Shown here one piece after another: positions 1 through 9,841 of a stretch of DNA of 64,000 nucleotides. This stretch comes from a bacterium (GTDB lineage Bacteria; Chloroflexota; Dormibacteria; Aeolococcales; Aeolococcaceae): positions 913 through 64,912 of the forward strand of contig JAJZLL010000011.1 in NCBI GenBank assembly GCA_021803465.1. Reading direction: 5' to 3'. Position 1 is the first letter of the stretch; each line of letters opens with the position of its first letter. The notes beneath the pieces were generated by a model. That model saw only the letters and a program-made list of their open reading frames with translations, was not told where the DNA came from and did not search any database. The position numbers were made by a program, and so were the translations under genes.

Positions 1-191
1 CCTTCTTCGCTCCAGGCGGCATCCCGCAGTTCTAGGTCCCCTGTATTGGACTGTGGGAAGACAAGCTCCAGGTGTTGCTTTGTGAATGCTCATTCCGGCG
101 AACTTCTTTACACAGGAGTGAGACATCGTCTCATGTAGATAGTGGTGGGCACAAAGCACCGCTCCCCTATTGAGTGGCAGCAAATCCAGTC

Positions 192-776
192 CTATCCTGT
201 CAGATTCCACATGGGTGTCTGGCCCTCTGCACCAGCGATTGCGTAGGTCAGCTGCACGGGAACGGACTTCACGGGAACATCAAATACAATGTAACCACTA
301 GCTGGCTTGTTGAGGACAAAGACATTGAGCCCAGTTCCAGAAAGCTCATGTGCAAATGTTGTGGAGCCAAGTCCATGCAGGTCTGGCTGTTGCGCAACAG
401 GAAGGTGCTGTATTCCGTCCGAATCCGTGATGACTGCATACAGGCCAGCCATCATTGACACCTGGTCCGGTGGATTGGCATTCCCTGCAACACCTTCATA
501 TGTGATCTGGAGTTCCACTGCAACAGCACGCTGACCCTTAGGCGCACTGACTCCCTTGACTGGATCGACAATGTTCGCCAGCTTGACGTTCAAGCCGAGC
601 GGCATACCCTTCTGAACAAGCGTAGTTGGCTGGATCTGGCCAATTCCTGCGTAGTGCACGACAAATGGAGTAGCTGCAGTACCTGAGCTCCCTGCTCCCC
701 CACCGCATGCAGCAATGCCAAGAGTGATAAGCGCACCAAGTGCGAGTTGGACAAAGCGGTAGTGTCTCCTGTTCAT
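192..776 (-). CDS. Predicted lipoprotein of unknown function
   Basis: ORF 192..875 trimmed to internal Met (MNRRHYRFVQLALGALITLGIAAC...) giving signal peptide + lipobox LGIAAC; ATG overlaps stop of upstream gene (ATGA at 773-776), suggesting co-transcription. Confidence 0.5.
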   Translation of the reverse strand: MNRRHYRFVQLALGALITLGIAACGGGAGSSGTAATPFVVHYAGIGQIQPTTLVQKGMPLGLNVKLANIVDPVKGVSAPKGQRAVAVELQITYEGVAGNANPPDQVSMMAGLYAVITDSDGIQHLPVAQQPDLHGLGSTTFAHELSGTGLNVFVLNKPASGYIVFDVPVKSVPVQLTYAIAGAEGQTPMWNLTG

Positions 777-2197
777 GCGGCAGTTCTCCCAGCAGCTCCT
801 GATGAGCGCCGCCTGATCATGTAGACTGCTCCACCAATGATCACGACAACGATGACTATACCTGCAATGATCCATGGGGTCGCACCGGCATTTTGTGGAT
901 TGAGCGCGCCCACATTCACCGTGCTGCTCACTGTGGATCCTGTGTGCTCAAGAAGGTAGACATCAGTCCCACTAGAATCTCCTAAAACAGCTGCATGTCC
1001 ATTGCCAAACGACACAACACCAGTGAGCGCACCTGCCTGCACTTTCCCACCAATCTGAATATCTACTGAAGTCCAAGCTGTTCCATCAAAATGCGCGAGA
1101 TACGGGTAGGGCTTCGCGCTCTCGCCAAGATGCTGGAACGCAGTACCAGTGATCCATACATCACTTGAGGAGGTGGAAGAAATACCCGAGACATCAATGA
1201 CAGTGTCCCCATGGGGAATGGGCACATTCGCAATCTGCGAAATTTTTGAACCATTCCAGTGGAGTACGAGGGGGTACGAAACACTGTTCTGAATCGAAGT
1301 TCCTGATGTCACCTGTGCAAGGAACCACACATCCTTGGCACTGTTCTCATGAATTTCCAGAACGCTCACCAGAGTCCCCCCAGCTCCACTGGCAAGACTG
1401 CTGGGAGTCGGCACAACGCTCAATGTCGCTCCATTCCAGTGCTGTATGAGGGGTGCAGCACTTGTTGCTGTTCCCCCAGCCAACCATACGTCGTCTGGTC
1501 CCGTGGTTCCAACAGCAGCAAGGAAGACTCCCTTCACAGTTTCGGGAATACTCGTCCACTGTGAGCCGTTCCAGTGAAACAGGAATGTCGTGGGAACACC
1601 ATGGGGATCCTTGAGCGAATACCCCACAGCCCACACATTGTCGCTTGCCGATGCAGCAACGCCATACAGGACACCTGGAGTTGTCGAATCCGGTGAGGGT
1701 AACTGTGTCGCACTCCAGGAAGAGCCATTCCAATGTTCAGCAAGTGGAAATGCGTTCGTATTGTTCGAGTAGTCATACCCTGGCTGCGACCACCCCACTG
1801 CCCAGATATCTGAACTGGACAGAGCACTCACTGACATGAACTGCATGCTCTCATTTGGTGCAGGTGGAGACATGTTCGTCACTGTGTTGTTATCCACTCG
1901 CATGACAACCGGATGAATCTGCGAATGAATGGGCTTGGACTTTGTCTGCACTGTGTAACTGCCTGCCAAAACTGTCATGTTTCCGCTCCCTGGCACCGTG
2001 ACAATGTCAGAGAAGCTTTCCTTCACATTGAGTTTGGATGTCGACTGCGCCAATGGGGGGATGGAAACTTTACTCCAGCCTGTTCCCGTTGAGGCATCCA
2101 CCAGACTGCCACTCAGAAGAACCATTGCGCATGAGCTGATGAGTACTCCCAATGCCCGCCACATCAATGGGCCACCTGTATTGTGCGTCCGCTGCAT
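773..2197 (-). CDS. Secreted/cell-surface protein with ~50-aa-spaced 'HWNGS-W' blades (beta-propeller-like) and C-terminal TM anchor + RRR tail
   Basis: Signal peptide MWRALGVLISSCAMVLLSGSLVDA; recurring HWNGSSWS / HWNGSQWT / HWNGATLS / HWNGSKIS / HFDGTAWT motifs; C-terminal hydrophobic IIAGIVIVVVIIGGAV followed by IRRRSS. Confidence 0.5.
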   Translation of the reverse strand: MQRTHNTGGPLMWRALGVLISSCAMVLLSGSLVDASTGTGWSKVSIPPLAQSTSKLNVKESFSDIVTVPGSGNMTVLAGSYTVQTKSKPIHSQIHPVVMRVDNNTVTNMSPPAPNESMQFMSVSALSSSDIWAVGWSQPGYDYSNNTNAFPLAEHWNGSSWSATQLPSPDSTTPGVLYGVAASASDNVWAVGYSLKDPHGVPTTFLFHWNGSQWTSIPETVKGVFLAAVGTTGPDDVWLAGGTATSAAPLIQHWNGATLSVVPTPSSLASGAGGTLVSVLEIHENSAKDVWFLAQVTSGTSIQNSVSYPLVLHWNGSKISQIANVPIPHGDTVIDVSGISSTSSSDVWITGTAFQHLGESAKPYPYLAHFDGTAWTSVDIQIGGKVQAGALTGVVSFGNGHAAVLGDSSGTDVYLLEHTGSTVSSTVNVGALNPQNAGATPWIIAGIVIVVVIIGGAVYMIRRRSSGAAGRTAA

Positions 2198-2379
2198 AAT
2201 CCCATCCTTGAGTTTCCCTGTTAAGCAGTGATCACCCGTATTGCAGACCACAGCTCCTGCATCCCCATTAACCTAGCACGTTCTTCGAATACATGGTGGT
2301 CGCAATTGTGACACAGATGAAAGCGGCCGGCGCTCCTCTTGGAGCGGCCGACCGCTTTTGCTTCTTCAAGTTTGGACTG

Positions 2380-4413
2380 CTAGCCCTGATTTGGCTCAAC
2401 CTGCTTCACAATGAGGGGATTGGAATTCACCTGATTGTAGCTCACATTGGTTGTGGTCCATGGGAAGTCATGCCATGCACCCTGCAGGTAGAGAGGATAT
2501 ATCGGATAGGTGTACGACTGGAGATATGTGTGGTAGTTCCAGTACCACCCAGTGTACCAATAGCCCCAGGTTGCAATGTTGTAGTAGAGGTACCAGTTCG
2601 TGTAGCCCTGCGGAGTCGCGATGGTATAGGAGGGGTACCCAGCATAGCTTTCCCAGCCAATATTTCCAGCATAGTTGCAGTATGCGACCCACCATATTCC
2701 CATGTCCGCATCACCATCCCGGTCAGGGTTGACAGTCTGGTTGTCTGCACACTGGTCGAAGCCAACAGAGTTCCAGCCAGTTGCATATGCCTGCCATGCA
2801 GTACTGTATGAGAAGTTGTAGTCCGTATACGTCCCCCACACACCATAGGTCCACTGCGTGTAATCATACTTCGCGATCGGATCCTGGGACCAGCTGCCTA
2901 CCGTGTGGAGGCTCGTCTGTGTCAGTGGACTTGATGGTGCCTGTGGATAGAACTGGAAATATGGAGGGGGAACATTGTAGTTGTACTGGCATCCACCTGC
3001 CTGTGCACAGGTGTCCACGACCTGTCCACTGTACGGCTGTGGTCCTGTTGAATTCGGATTGGTCGTATAGGTTTGTGGATTGACCACATAGTAGGTGTAG
3101 GATGCCCACTGTGGAACATACTTGATGACCCATTGGTAGTTGAGCTGTGACGTGTGGTAGTAAGCAGTGTACGAAGCAACATGCTGCTGGTCAACGGACG
3201 GATATGTAGGAGAGCTGGTCAAATACGGAGCCCACCCGCCATACCAAGTCGTCACAACGGGTCCTGGATACCAGATTGCCGAAGGCTGGGTGGACATAGA
3301 CACATCATCACCATCATCGTAAAGACAGCCATACCACCTGCCATCAGGAATGTAGCCACCTCCGTAGTCGGCCTCTCCAGCCTCGTTCTGCCAGCCACCA
3401 CCCGCATTCACGCAGTAGTTGAACTCGTCTGACCACCACGGAAGAAACTGGTTGCCATCACTCCATGAGCAGCATCCAACGGAGCCACCCTGGTCAGCAC
3501 CAAGGAGCGGATAGTAGCCAGCAGGATAAACATACTGTGACGTGTACTGCTGCGAATTGTTTGTAATGTAGTACTGGGTGAAAGACTGGGTCTGATCATT
3601 CGTGTAGCCAGCACGCCATGCCTGTGGCTGCTGCGTCACATACGATGCATTTGCAGTGGGACATGTTGCTGTCGGAGTCCCCGCATAGACAGTGGCAGGG
3701 TTGCCGCAGTTGTACGATATCGTCTGAGCCTTAAGTTGGTAGGTTGTATATGGCTGCTTTCCAGACCAGATGACAACGAGGGAAGGTGTGTAGTTTCCAG
3801 CAGTCGCATATGTGTGAGTGACTTTCATGGTATATGTTGGAGGATTCGTTGCAGGTGAAGTAGCCGTGAGAGGTAACACAATGCATGGCTGTGTGGCACC
3901 AGACGCTGCCGAGGATGAGGTGTAAGGGAAATTTCTTGAGGAAACTGTATTCGTGGTGTAGTTGCAGACTGAGTTTGGATTCTGATTTGGGTAGTAGAAC
4001 TCGAGGACTACCTCAAATGGCTGCCACTCGATGAGCTCGTTGGTCCCGTTCGATGGAGCTGGAGCTGCAGGATTCGTGCAGGTCTGGAGGGGAATGGAGT
4101 TGTTTCCATTGACTGGCGGCTCAGTGTACACGCACTTGTCAACCTGTGCACTGAACTGTTCAGGATAGCCGACTACACCCGGGACTGGACCTTCAGTCAA
4201 AGAGGAACTGCTCGCAGGAGGGCATGATTGCTGTGATCCTGGAAGATAGCAGTTCAGCGTTGAGACTGGAGGGGGGCTCGATGCCTGCACAGTCTGCACA
4301 CCAAGCGTACCCAAGCCAATGACAAAGCTGCCAAGAGCAATCATCAGGGACACAACAATGCCAACGGCCCGGGATGACAGAGCCATCGCTGTCCTTTTCC
4401 ATGTACTTCTCAT
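2380..4413 (-). CDS. Large secreted Tyr/Trp/Thr/Gln/Asn-rich protein (N-terminal signal anchor), function unknown
   Basis: 682-aa ORF; N-terminal hydrophobic segment AVGIVVSLMIALGSFVIGLG; extreme aromatic/polar low-complexity composition (e.g. ...GYTNWYLYYNIATWGYWYTGWYWNYHTYLQSYTYPIYPLYLQ...); same strand and immediately downstream of TadE-like genes. Confidence 0.5.
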   Translation of the reverse strand: MRSTWKRTAMALSSRAVGIVVSLMIALGSFVIGLGTLGVQTVQASSPPPVSTLNCYLPGSQQSCPPASSSSLTEGPVPGVVGYPEQFSAQVDKCVYTEPPVNGNNSIPLQTCTNPAAPAPSNGTNELIEWQPFEVVLEFYYPNQNPNSVCNYTTNTVSSRNFPYTSSSAASGATQPCIVLPLTATSPATNPPTYTMKVTHTYATAGNYTPSLVVIWSGKQPYTTYQLKAQTISYNCGNPATVYAGTPTATCPTANASYVTQQPQAWRAGYTNDQTQSFTQYYITNNSQQYTSQYVYPAGYYPLLGADQGGSVGCCSWSDGNQFLPWWSDEFNYCVNAGGGWQNEAGEADYGGGYIPDGRWYGCLYDDGDDVSMSTQPSAIWYPGPVVTTWYGGWAPYLTSSPTYPSVDQQHVASYTAYYHTSQLNYQWVIKYVPQWASYTYYVVNPQTYTTNPNSTGPQPYSGQVVDTCAQAGGCQYNYNVPPPYFQFYPQAPSSPLTQTSLHTVGSWSQDPIAKYDYTQWTYGVWGTYTDYNFSYSTAWQAYATGWNSVGFDQCADNQTVNPDRDGDADMGIWWVAYCNYAGNIGWESYAGYPSYTIATPQGYTNWYLYYNIATWGYWYTGWYWNYHTYLQSYTYPIYPLYLQGAWHDFPWTTTNVSYNQVNSNPLIVKQVEPNQG

Positions 4414-4547
4414 CTCTGCAACCCCCAAGCCATGCTTCGAGTAGGTGTGATACCTTTCATTATCATTAACGCGACCAGCAATTCTGCGATGAGAGCGTCA
4501 CAGTGTCATGACGATTCTGTGGTCACTCGATGGATTCAGCATCCTGC

Positions 4548-5135
4548 TCAGCAGTAGTCAATCGGCACGCCTGTAGAAGGACATGTATGACTGCGGAATG
4601 GTTCCAGCGCTTCTGCAGATACTGCCCTCACTGTTGCGTGATTCCAGAGGGGAATCCAGGAGAGAGTGATGGTCGCTTTCACATCAACACCCACTACTCC
4701 TCCCCTCCATATGCCAAAACATCCGCCATCTCCTCCGGCTCCCCCATATCCATCACCAGTACATGATGCTGGTATGCCTGTACATGTGTTTGCCCCAGCA
4801 GTGCTTATTGTGCAGCTGGCTGAACTGAGAGCTGCAGCACATGTGATGGCAGGCGTTGGATACGGAGTTGTATAGAGTGGTGACTTCAACGCGCTGTCAA
4901 AGGCTGCAATGGCCTGTGCATACCCAGTGTCACCATTTGCGCATGAGTCGTTACTGTTTCTCGCAATGGTGAGAGCAGCCTCATTGGATGCCTGCTGGAG
5001 TAGGCTTTGCGCCTGAATGTACGAGTCAATTGCAATGGCTCCAAAGAACACCGTGATCATAACTGGCAGGAGAACAGCGAACTCCACCATCGTCTGGGCT
5101 CTTCCACTTCGCCGTTGGTAGGTACGCCTTCTCAT
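4548..5135 (-). CDS. TadE-like Flp pilus assembly protein (pseudopilin)
   Basis: N-terminal TadE motif RAQTMVEFAVLLPVMITVFFGAIAI; ATGA overlap with upstream gene at 5132-5135. Confidence 0.7.
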   Translation of the reverse strand: MRRRTYQRRSGRAQTMVEFAVLLPVMITVFFGAIAIDSYIQAQSLLQQASNEAALTIARNSNDSCANGDTGYAQAIAAFDSALKSPLYTTPYPTPAITCAAALSSASCTISTAGANTCTGIPASCTGDGYGGAGGDGGCFGIWRGGVVGVDVKATITLSWIPLWNHATVRAVSAEALEPFRSHTCPSTGVPIDYC

Positions 5136-5743
5136 TGTTCAAACTCCTGCACAGTGAAGGTGTCTTGGGCATATACGGGAAGTCTGTTGCCAAGTATGGG
5201 AGCAGGTGCAATGAGAGGCTTGTACCCTACTATGGTCACAGTGATAACGAGTGTTGATGTCAGGGATCCACCGTTTGTGTTCGCTGTTGCGCACACCATG
5301 AGAACATTTGATGCTGATGCGGATACACGAGTATTGAGGTATGCAAGTTCCTGCTTTTCTGTTGGTGGAGTTGACACACTGTATGTGGGACCAAGAGGAC
5401 GATATCCCAGAGGACAGGATGTGACAGGCATTGGATTCCCCGCACCACATCTCCCTCCTGTAGTTCCGCTTACCAGTGGTGTTGTGCCAAGAAAGCTTTC
5501 CGAAGTCGCTGCATGGTACGCCGTCTCCCCAGCTAGACATTCCAGTTGTAGAGCATTCGTTGGCATGCCTGCTACCTGAACTCCCTCCTGAGCAGCAAAT
5601 TCGAGACTGTTGAGGTCCAGCTGCCAAAGGAAGGCAACCACTCCTCCAAAGATGATGACAATGAACACAGGGAAAACGAAGGTGAATTCCACAAGCGACT
5701 GAGCTCGTGACCTTTTCCTCAAAGTTGTCGAAGGTGCTCTCAT
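5132..5743 (-). CDS. TadE-like Flp pilus assembly protein (pseudopilin)
   Basis: N-terminal RAQSLVEFTFVFPVFIVIIFGGVVAF matches TadE/TadG-like N-terminal domain. Confidence 0.7.
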   Translation of the reverse strand: MRAPSTTLRKRSRAQSLVEFTFVFPVFIVIIFGGVVAFLWQLDLNSLEFAAQEGVQVAGMPTNALQLECLAGETAYHAATSESFLGTTPLVSGTTGGRCGAGNPMPVTSCPLGYRPLGPTYSVSTPPTEKQELAYLNTRVSASASNVLMVCATANTNGGSLTSTLVITVTIVGYKPLIAPAPILGNRLPVYAQDTFTVQEFEQ

Positions 5744-5744
5744 G

Positions 5745-6611
5745 TCAGTCTCCTAAACAGCCATACGCTGTGGATTTCGACTGCATGAGGATGGAGGACT
5801 CGCCAATGAAGACCCCAAATGGCTGGCTCGCCTGCATCCAGATTCTGACTGTCACCTGCCTTCCGAAAAGTCCTGTTGCTGGACACACATACAGGGATCC
5901 GGATGATGAATCATGAGCATCCGTCTGAGCTGCACCACCGGCCCCGACATCATCACTCACTCCACCAGTCGGGTCATCGCCATCAAGCATGTACGATGAA
6001 CTTACTTGCACCTGGAACTCAATATTTGTCAGAGAACTTCCCTGCTCAGCAGCTTTGCACTGTGACGAAGTGTATACGCCAGTTCCGCTTTCTGTTCCCT
6101 CACAGGGCTGTGTTGCTGTTGGAGCTGCTGCTGCATTTATCGTATACCCGGGAAAGGCCTGCTTGAGCACATTATTCACAGAGTATTCTGCGGACAGCGA
6201 GGCGATCTGCTGCTCCTCTGTCTGGACAATTGCCCAATCAGCAGGGCTGAACGATGCAGGTGTTCCAAGAATGCCGGGGGACGTTTCCATGGGAAACATG
6301 TCCGGAGCGATGCCCGAAGCATAGTCAGTGGTGTAACCACCATACTGACATTCATATTCGTTGTAGTTGTACTGAGATGCCATGCACGCATCACCGCTAG
6401 CAGCGATAGCGGCAACGACAGTCGCTGCATCTAGCCTGCTCCTCGCGTTGAGGAAAATCTCGCCAGACATTGTGAGCCCCAGGAGGGCAATGATGACAGG
6501 AAGCATGAGAGCGAACAGGGGCATGACCTGAGCCCTGCCTGTGGAACGTGCACCAGTCAGCCGAGACTCTGAATATCCCAGATCAAACCGCACCTGGGAC
6601 AGCCTTCGCAT
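5745..6611 (-). CDS. TadG-like putative pilus assembly protein
   Basis: N-terminus GRAQVMPLFALMLPVIIALLGLTMSGEIFLNARSRLDAATVVAAIAA resembles Tad N-terminal (PF13400-type) segment; long Ser/Thr/Gly-rich extracellular part; start trimmed to MRRLSQ... Confidence 0.55.
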   Translation of the reverse strand: MRRLSQVRFDLGYSESRLTGARSTGRAQVMPLFALMLPVIIALLGLTMSGEIFLNARSRLDAATVVAAIAASGDACMASQYNYNEYECQYGGYTTDYASGIAPDMFPMETSPGILGTPASFSPADWAIVQTEEQQIASLSAEYSVNNVLKQAFPGYTINAAAAPTATQPCEGTESGTGVYTSSQCKAAEQGSSLTNIEFQVQVSSSYMLDGDDPTGGVSDDVGAGGAAQTDAHDSSSGSLYVCPATGLFGRQVTVRIWMQASQPFGVFIGESSILMQSKSTAYGCLGD

Positions 6612-6765
6612 TGTGCTTCGAGTATGTCTTCGGTTCCGAATCACATGCACGTCCTTATTGCAGCCCAAATTGCATCCGCAGCTCCATGGTCACATCTGTT
6701 CCCAAGAAGCGCAACTGCATGTTGGTTACAACATTGACACGGAATCATGCACACGCTCGCTGCCT

Positions 6766-7662
6766 TCATGATGCATCCCCGTCATGTCCATTCGTGTCCC
6801 CTGCATTGGAAGCGGAATATCCCTTGAGATATGTCACTGTTCCCTGCCCGATGGTACTGCCCATAATGGAGCTTCCGCTTGCTCCGATAGTCACCGTAAC
6901 ACTGCCAAGCCCTATCCCCGGCAGAGCAATGCTCCATTCTCTAATGGATCTGGATCTATCAATGAACACGGTAGCGTAAAGCTTAGCGCCATGAGTGAGG
7001 GCAGTCTGCGCAAGCCGGTTCGCCGCAACTGCGAGAGGCCCAGATGCGCGTGAGGGAACAACGGCAAGATCCACCTTGCAGGTGATTTCCTCACCAATCA
7101 GACCATCAAAGGTCACATTCTTGGCGGATACGATGCCAACAGTTCCCCAGTCAATGAGGGAAAGAGACACAGCCGGATCAACCGTCACCAAGTCTGCCAC
7201 TGTGGCGGGGAGCTGTCTTGTTACAGTGGGCACTGTGCTCAGCTGGGCAGCAGTCCACTTGGACGGCTGTGCATTCTGTGGAACAATGCCACTATAGAAG
7301 AGTGTGCTGTCACCGAACTCCATCACAACTGCTTTGCCTGACTTCACATCTATGTTCAGGAATCCCGAATCAGAAGAGAAATCGAATCTCCCTGCAGCCT
7401 CAGCACCCAGATGGAATGGCAACAGTGGCACACTGGAGTTCCACGACTCTTTCACGCTGTAGGCTCCCTGACTGATGGCAGCAACACTTGCAGCAAGTTC
7501 ATTGATATATGGGATTGCTGAAGCTGGTGGTACATCAGAAAACGATGGTCCGCCCGAGATTGAGGATGTGTCCAGGCTGTGACTCGCACATGAAGTTCCC
7601 ATGGTAATCACAAAGCAGGCTGCAAGTAATACGTGGATTCTGGATTTATGGGAACAGAGCAT
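6766..7662 (-). CDS. Hypothetical secreted lipoprotein
   Basis: 298-aa ORF, N-terminal signal with LAAC lipobox-like motif; embedded in Tad operon on same strand. Confidence 0.45.
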   Translation of the reverse strand: MLCSHKSRIHVLLAACFVITMGTSCASHSLDTSSISGGPSFSDVPPASAIPYINELAASVAAISQGAYSVKESWNSSVPLLPFHLGAEAAGRFDFSSDSGFLNIDVKSGKAVVMEFGDSTLFYSGIVPQNAQPSKWTAAQLSTVPTVTRQLPATVADLVTVDPAVSLSLIDWGTVGIVSAKNVTFDGLIGEEITCKVDLAVVPSRASGPLAVAANRLAQTALTHGAKLYATVFIDRSRSIREWSIALPGIGLGSVTVTIGASGSSIMGSTIGQGTVTYLKGYSASNAGDTNGHDGDAS

Positions 7663-7741
7663 GACATCCCTCTTCGCTTCTCTTCCCCTTCCCTGCAGCC
7701 CCCCCCAACCGGCTCAAAAAGGTTTGCCCTGAACCAGGTAT

Positions 7742-8326
7742 CTACAGCCTGTTGAGCGGGCTTGGAAGTGTGGAGCCAAACATGTAGGACGAGTATACGG
7801 TGATGGGCTGCTGTGCACTGAGGAAGTAGACAATGTACTTCACTGGATTTCCTTGAGAAGAACTTCCAACGCTCGTGACAGTGAAATTGCCCTGCACAAT
7901 CACCACCCACACCTTGGACGGAATGTGTGGCACTCCATTCACATACTGGCTCACCAGCGACTCATCCACCAACTGTGGTGGCAGGCAGCTTATCGCTCCT
8001 TTTGCAGAGATGTTGCCCTGCTGGTTGAGGATCTCATGAACCAGCGAAACGAGCTCAGATACAGTAGTTGCTCCGCTTGGTGTCGCAATGGGGGGGAGTG
8101 TCTGCCCTGGAGACAACGTAATTGGGGAGGGTGTTGGACCACCCGGTTGATATGTTGCAGATCCACAGTTCGCGTCATACTTCGCATTCACAAGCGGTCC
8201 AACATGGGTGCTTGGTTTGGGGATGCTAGGTGTTGGAGTGGTTTGCTTCGCTCCCTGCTGCTGTCCGCATCCTGCAAGGAGGAGAATCCCAGACAATATT
8301 GCAGCAATTGATGCGATTTTCTTCAT
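7742..8326 (-). CDS. Hypothetical lipoprotein
   Basis: MKKIASIAAILSGILLLAGCG signal peptide/lipobox; Pro/Thr-rich linker. Confidence 0.5.
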   Translation of the reverse strand: MKKIASIAAILSGILLLAGCGQQQGAKQTTPTPSIPKPSTHVGPLVNAKYDANCGSATYQPGGPTPSPITLSPGQTLPPIATPSGATTVSELVSLVHEILNQQGNISAKGAISCLPPQLVDESLVSQYVNGVPHIPSKVWVVIVQGNFTVTSVGSSSQGNPVKYIVYFLSAQQPITVYSSYMFGSTLPSPLNRL

Positions 8327-8363
8327 GGCAAATTCTGACCTTTTCGTGTTCATGGTTGTACGC

Positions 8364-9212
8364 CTACCCGAAGAGTTGTTGGAACGAACCTGAATTCACT
8401 CCAGGGTCGGGAGTTGGTGAAGGAGAGCTGCCATAGGTAATGAAGTTCGAGTTGCTGAGAAGAACATATTCAAGGATTGAGCTCTGCGTTGGATTCTTTG
8501 GATCCATGATATAGCTCAGCAGTTCAGCTTCAGACTCTGGAATGCCGACAATAAGCTCAGAAGCAGTACCTGAATTTGCCTGTCCTACAGTACCAACATT
8601 GAGGATCGTCACATTGTGCGCGATGACCTTTATCTGGCCCTGGCCATTGACGTCCGCAAGTATGTCAATCTGGTCTCCTGGCTGAAGGAATCCGCCCACT
8701 CCCTCCATTGCGTTCATGGGTATGGCAAGCGCCACATAGCCTGAGGGAAGCGAGAATGGATCCTCTCGACATGTACCCTGCGAGACTGCAGTTGCTTTTG
8801 GTGAACTTGACGGCGAGGTGGACGTTATGAGCGTGGGAGCGGCTGAAGCCTGCGGAGTGCACACTACAGCAATGCCCGTTGTTTTCGTTGGACTCACAAG
8901 GCTTGGAGTGAGTATCTGCTGAGGTGCAATGCTGACAATCGCATACTGGCCGACTACTTTTGACGGATTCGTATACGCGCCAGCTGGAACAGCAGTCGTT
9001 GGCACCTGCACTGCAGAGACTTCAGCCTGGGTGATAGCGCTGCCGTTTGGAATTTCGCTTGTGGCCTCAACGACGTACACCATGGGAACGCTCGAGATGC
9101 CGCCCCCTGCTTTCGTAAGCACGATGAGACCAACTGCTCCAGCAGCGGCAATGATGAGACCCACGACTATCGCGATGAGTTTGTTCGGACGGCCACCTGG
9201 CCTCATTGTCAT
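8364..9212 (-). CDS. cpaB: Flp pilus assembly protein CpaB/RcpC (SAF-domain)
   Basis: N-terminal TM (LIAIVVGLIIAAAGAVGLIVL) followed by SAF-like segment VVEATSEIPNGSAITQAEVSAVQVP and RcpC-like C-terminus; start trimmed to internal Met. Confidence 0.65.
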   Translation of the reverse strand: MTMRPGGRPNKLIAIVVGLIIAAAGAVGLIVLTKAGGGISSVPMVYVVEATSEIPNGSAITQAEVSAVQVPTTAVPAGAYTNPSKVVGQYAIVSIAPQQILTPSLVSPTKTTGIAVVCTPQASAAPTLITSTSPSSSPKATAVSQGTCREDPFSLPSGYVALAIPMNAMEGVGGFLQPGDQIDILADVNGQGQIKVIAHNVTILNVGTVGQANSGTASELIVGIPESEAELLSYIMDPKNPTQSSILEYVLLSNSNFITYGSSPSPTPDPGVNSGSFQQLFG

Positions 9213-9498
9213 ACCCATAGAGCTGATCCTACGTCCTTTTCTAAGCTGCATTGGCGGTGCGAACCGCATGGGGAGACGTATGCGATTCGACACCTAGTGT
9301 AGGGTAAACGGGAGGAAATGTGTGATGATCCGTGTTACGATCCTGTGCCAATGGGAACGCGACAGCCATTCACTTCCCACCCTGTCCACGTGCACGTCAC
9401 AGCGAGGTGACAGATCTGCAGCACCAGTCCCTGCGCAGGCGCTTCCATCCTACAGTTGGGACATCAACGCTGTGCAGCTTCGAGGGAGGAGCACCACC

Positions 9499-9801
9499 AT
9501 GATCGTGAATCAGCATCTCAGCAGCAGAGAAATCCAGTATGCGTTCCCAAAAGGACTTCCTGATGCAGCTGTACGCGACAGCATTGCCACAGCCATCCAG
9601 CATGATTACCAGTTTGGAAAGTCACATGAGAGAGCACTTCCTGAATCGATGAGGCCCGTTCTCGCAAGTGTGCACAGCACCACTGCACCCAGGGTGAGCA
9701 CATACTACTCCAAGGTCGAGTCCTCCCTCGCAGCCCAGGGTCCAGCAGCCAACCAGACCCAAGGAGCACGTGTCCGGGCGAACGTCAACATCCTCGAGTA
9801 G
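9499..9801 (+). CDS. Hypothetical small protein (~100 aa)
   Basis: Sub-ORF of 9322..9801 beginning MIVNQHLSS..., preceded by GGGAGGAG Shine-Dalgarno 9 nt upstream; sits just upstream of mutY-like gene on same strand. Confidence 0.3.
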   Translation: MIVNQHLSSREIQYAFPKGLPDAAVRDSIATAIQHDYQFGKSHERALPESMRPVLASVHSTTAPRVSTYYSKVESSLAAQGPAANQTQGARVRANVNILE

Positions 9802-9841
9802 GTAGCTTGCATCGGGAACTTCACCTGCCACTTTCGTTAGA

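Noticed and set aside
174-534. Plus-strand ORFs 174..458 and 307..534 at the window start
   Set aside because: Entirely antisense to the lipoprotein gene 192..776; no features
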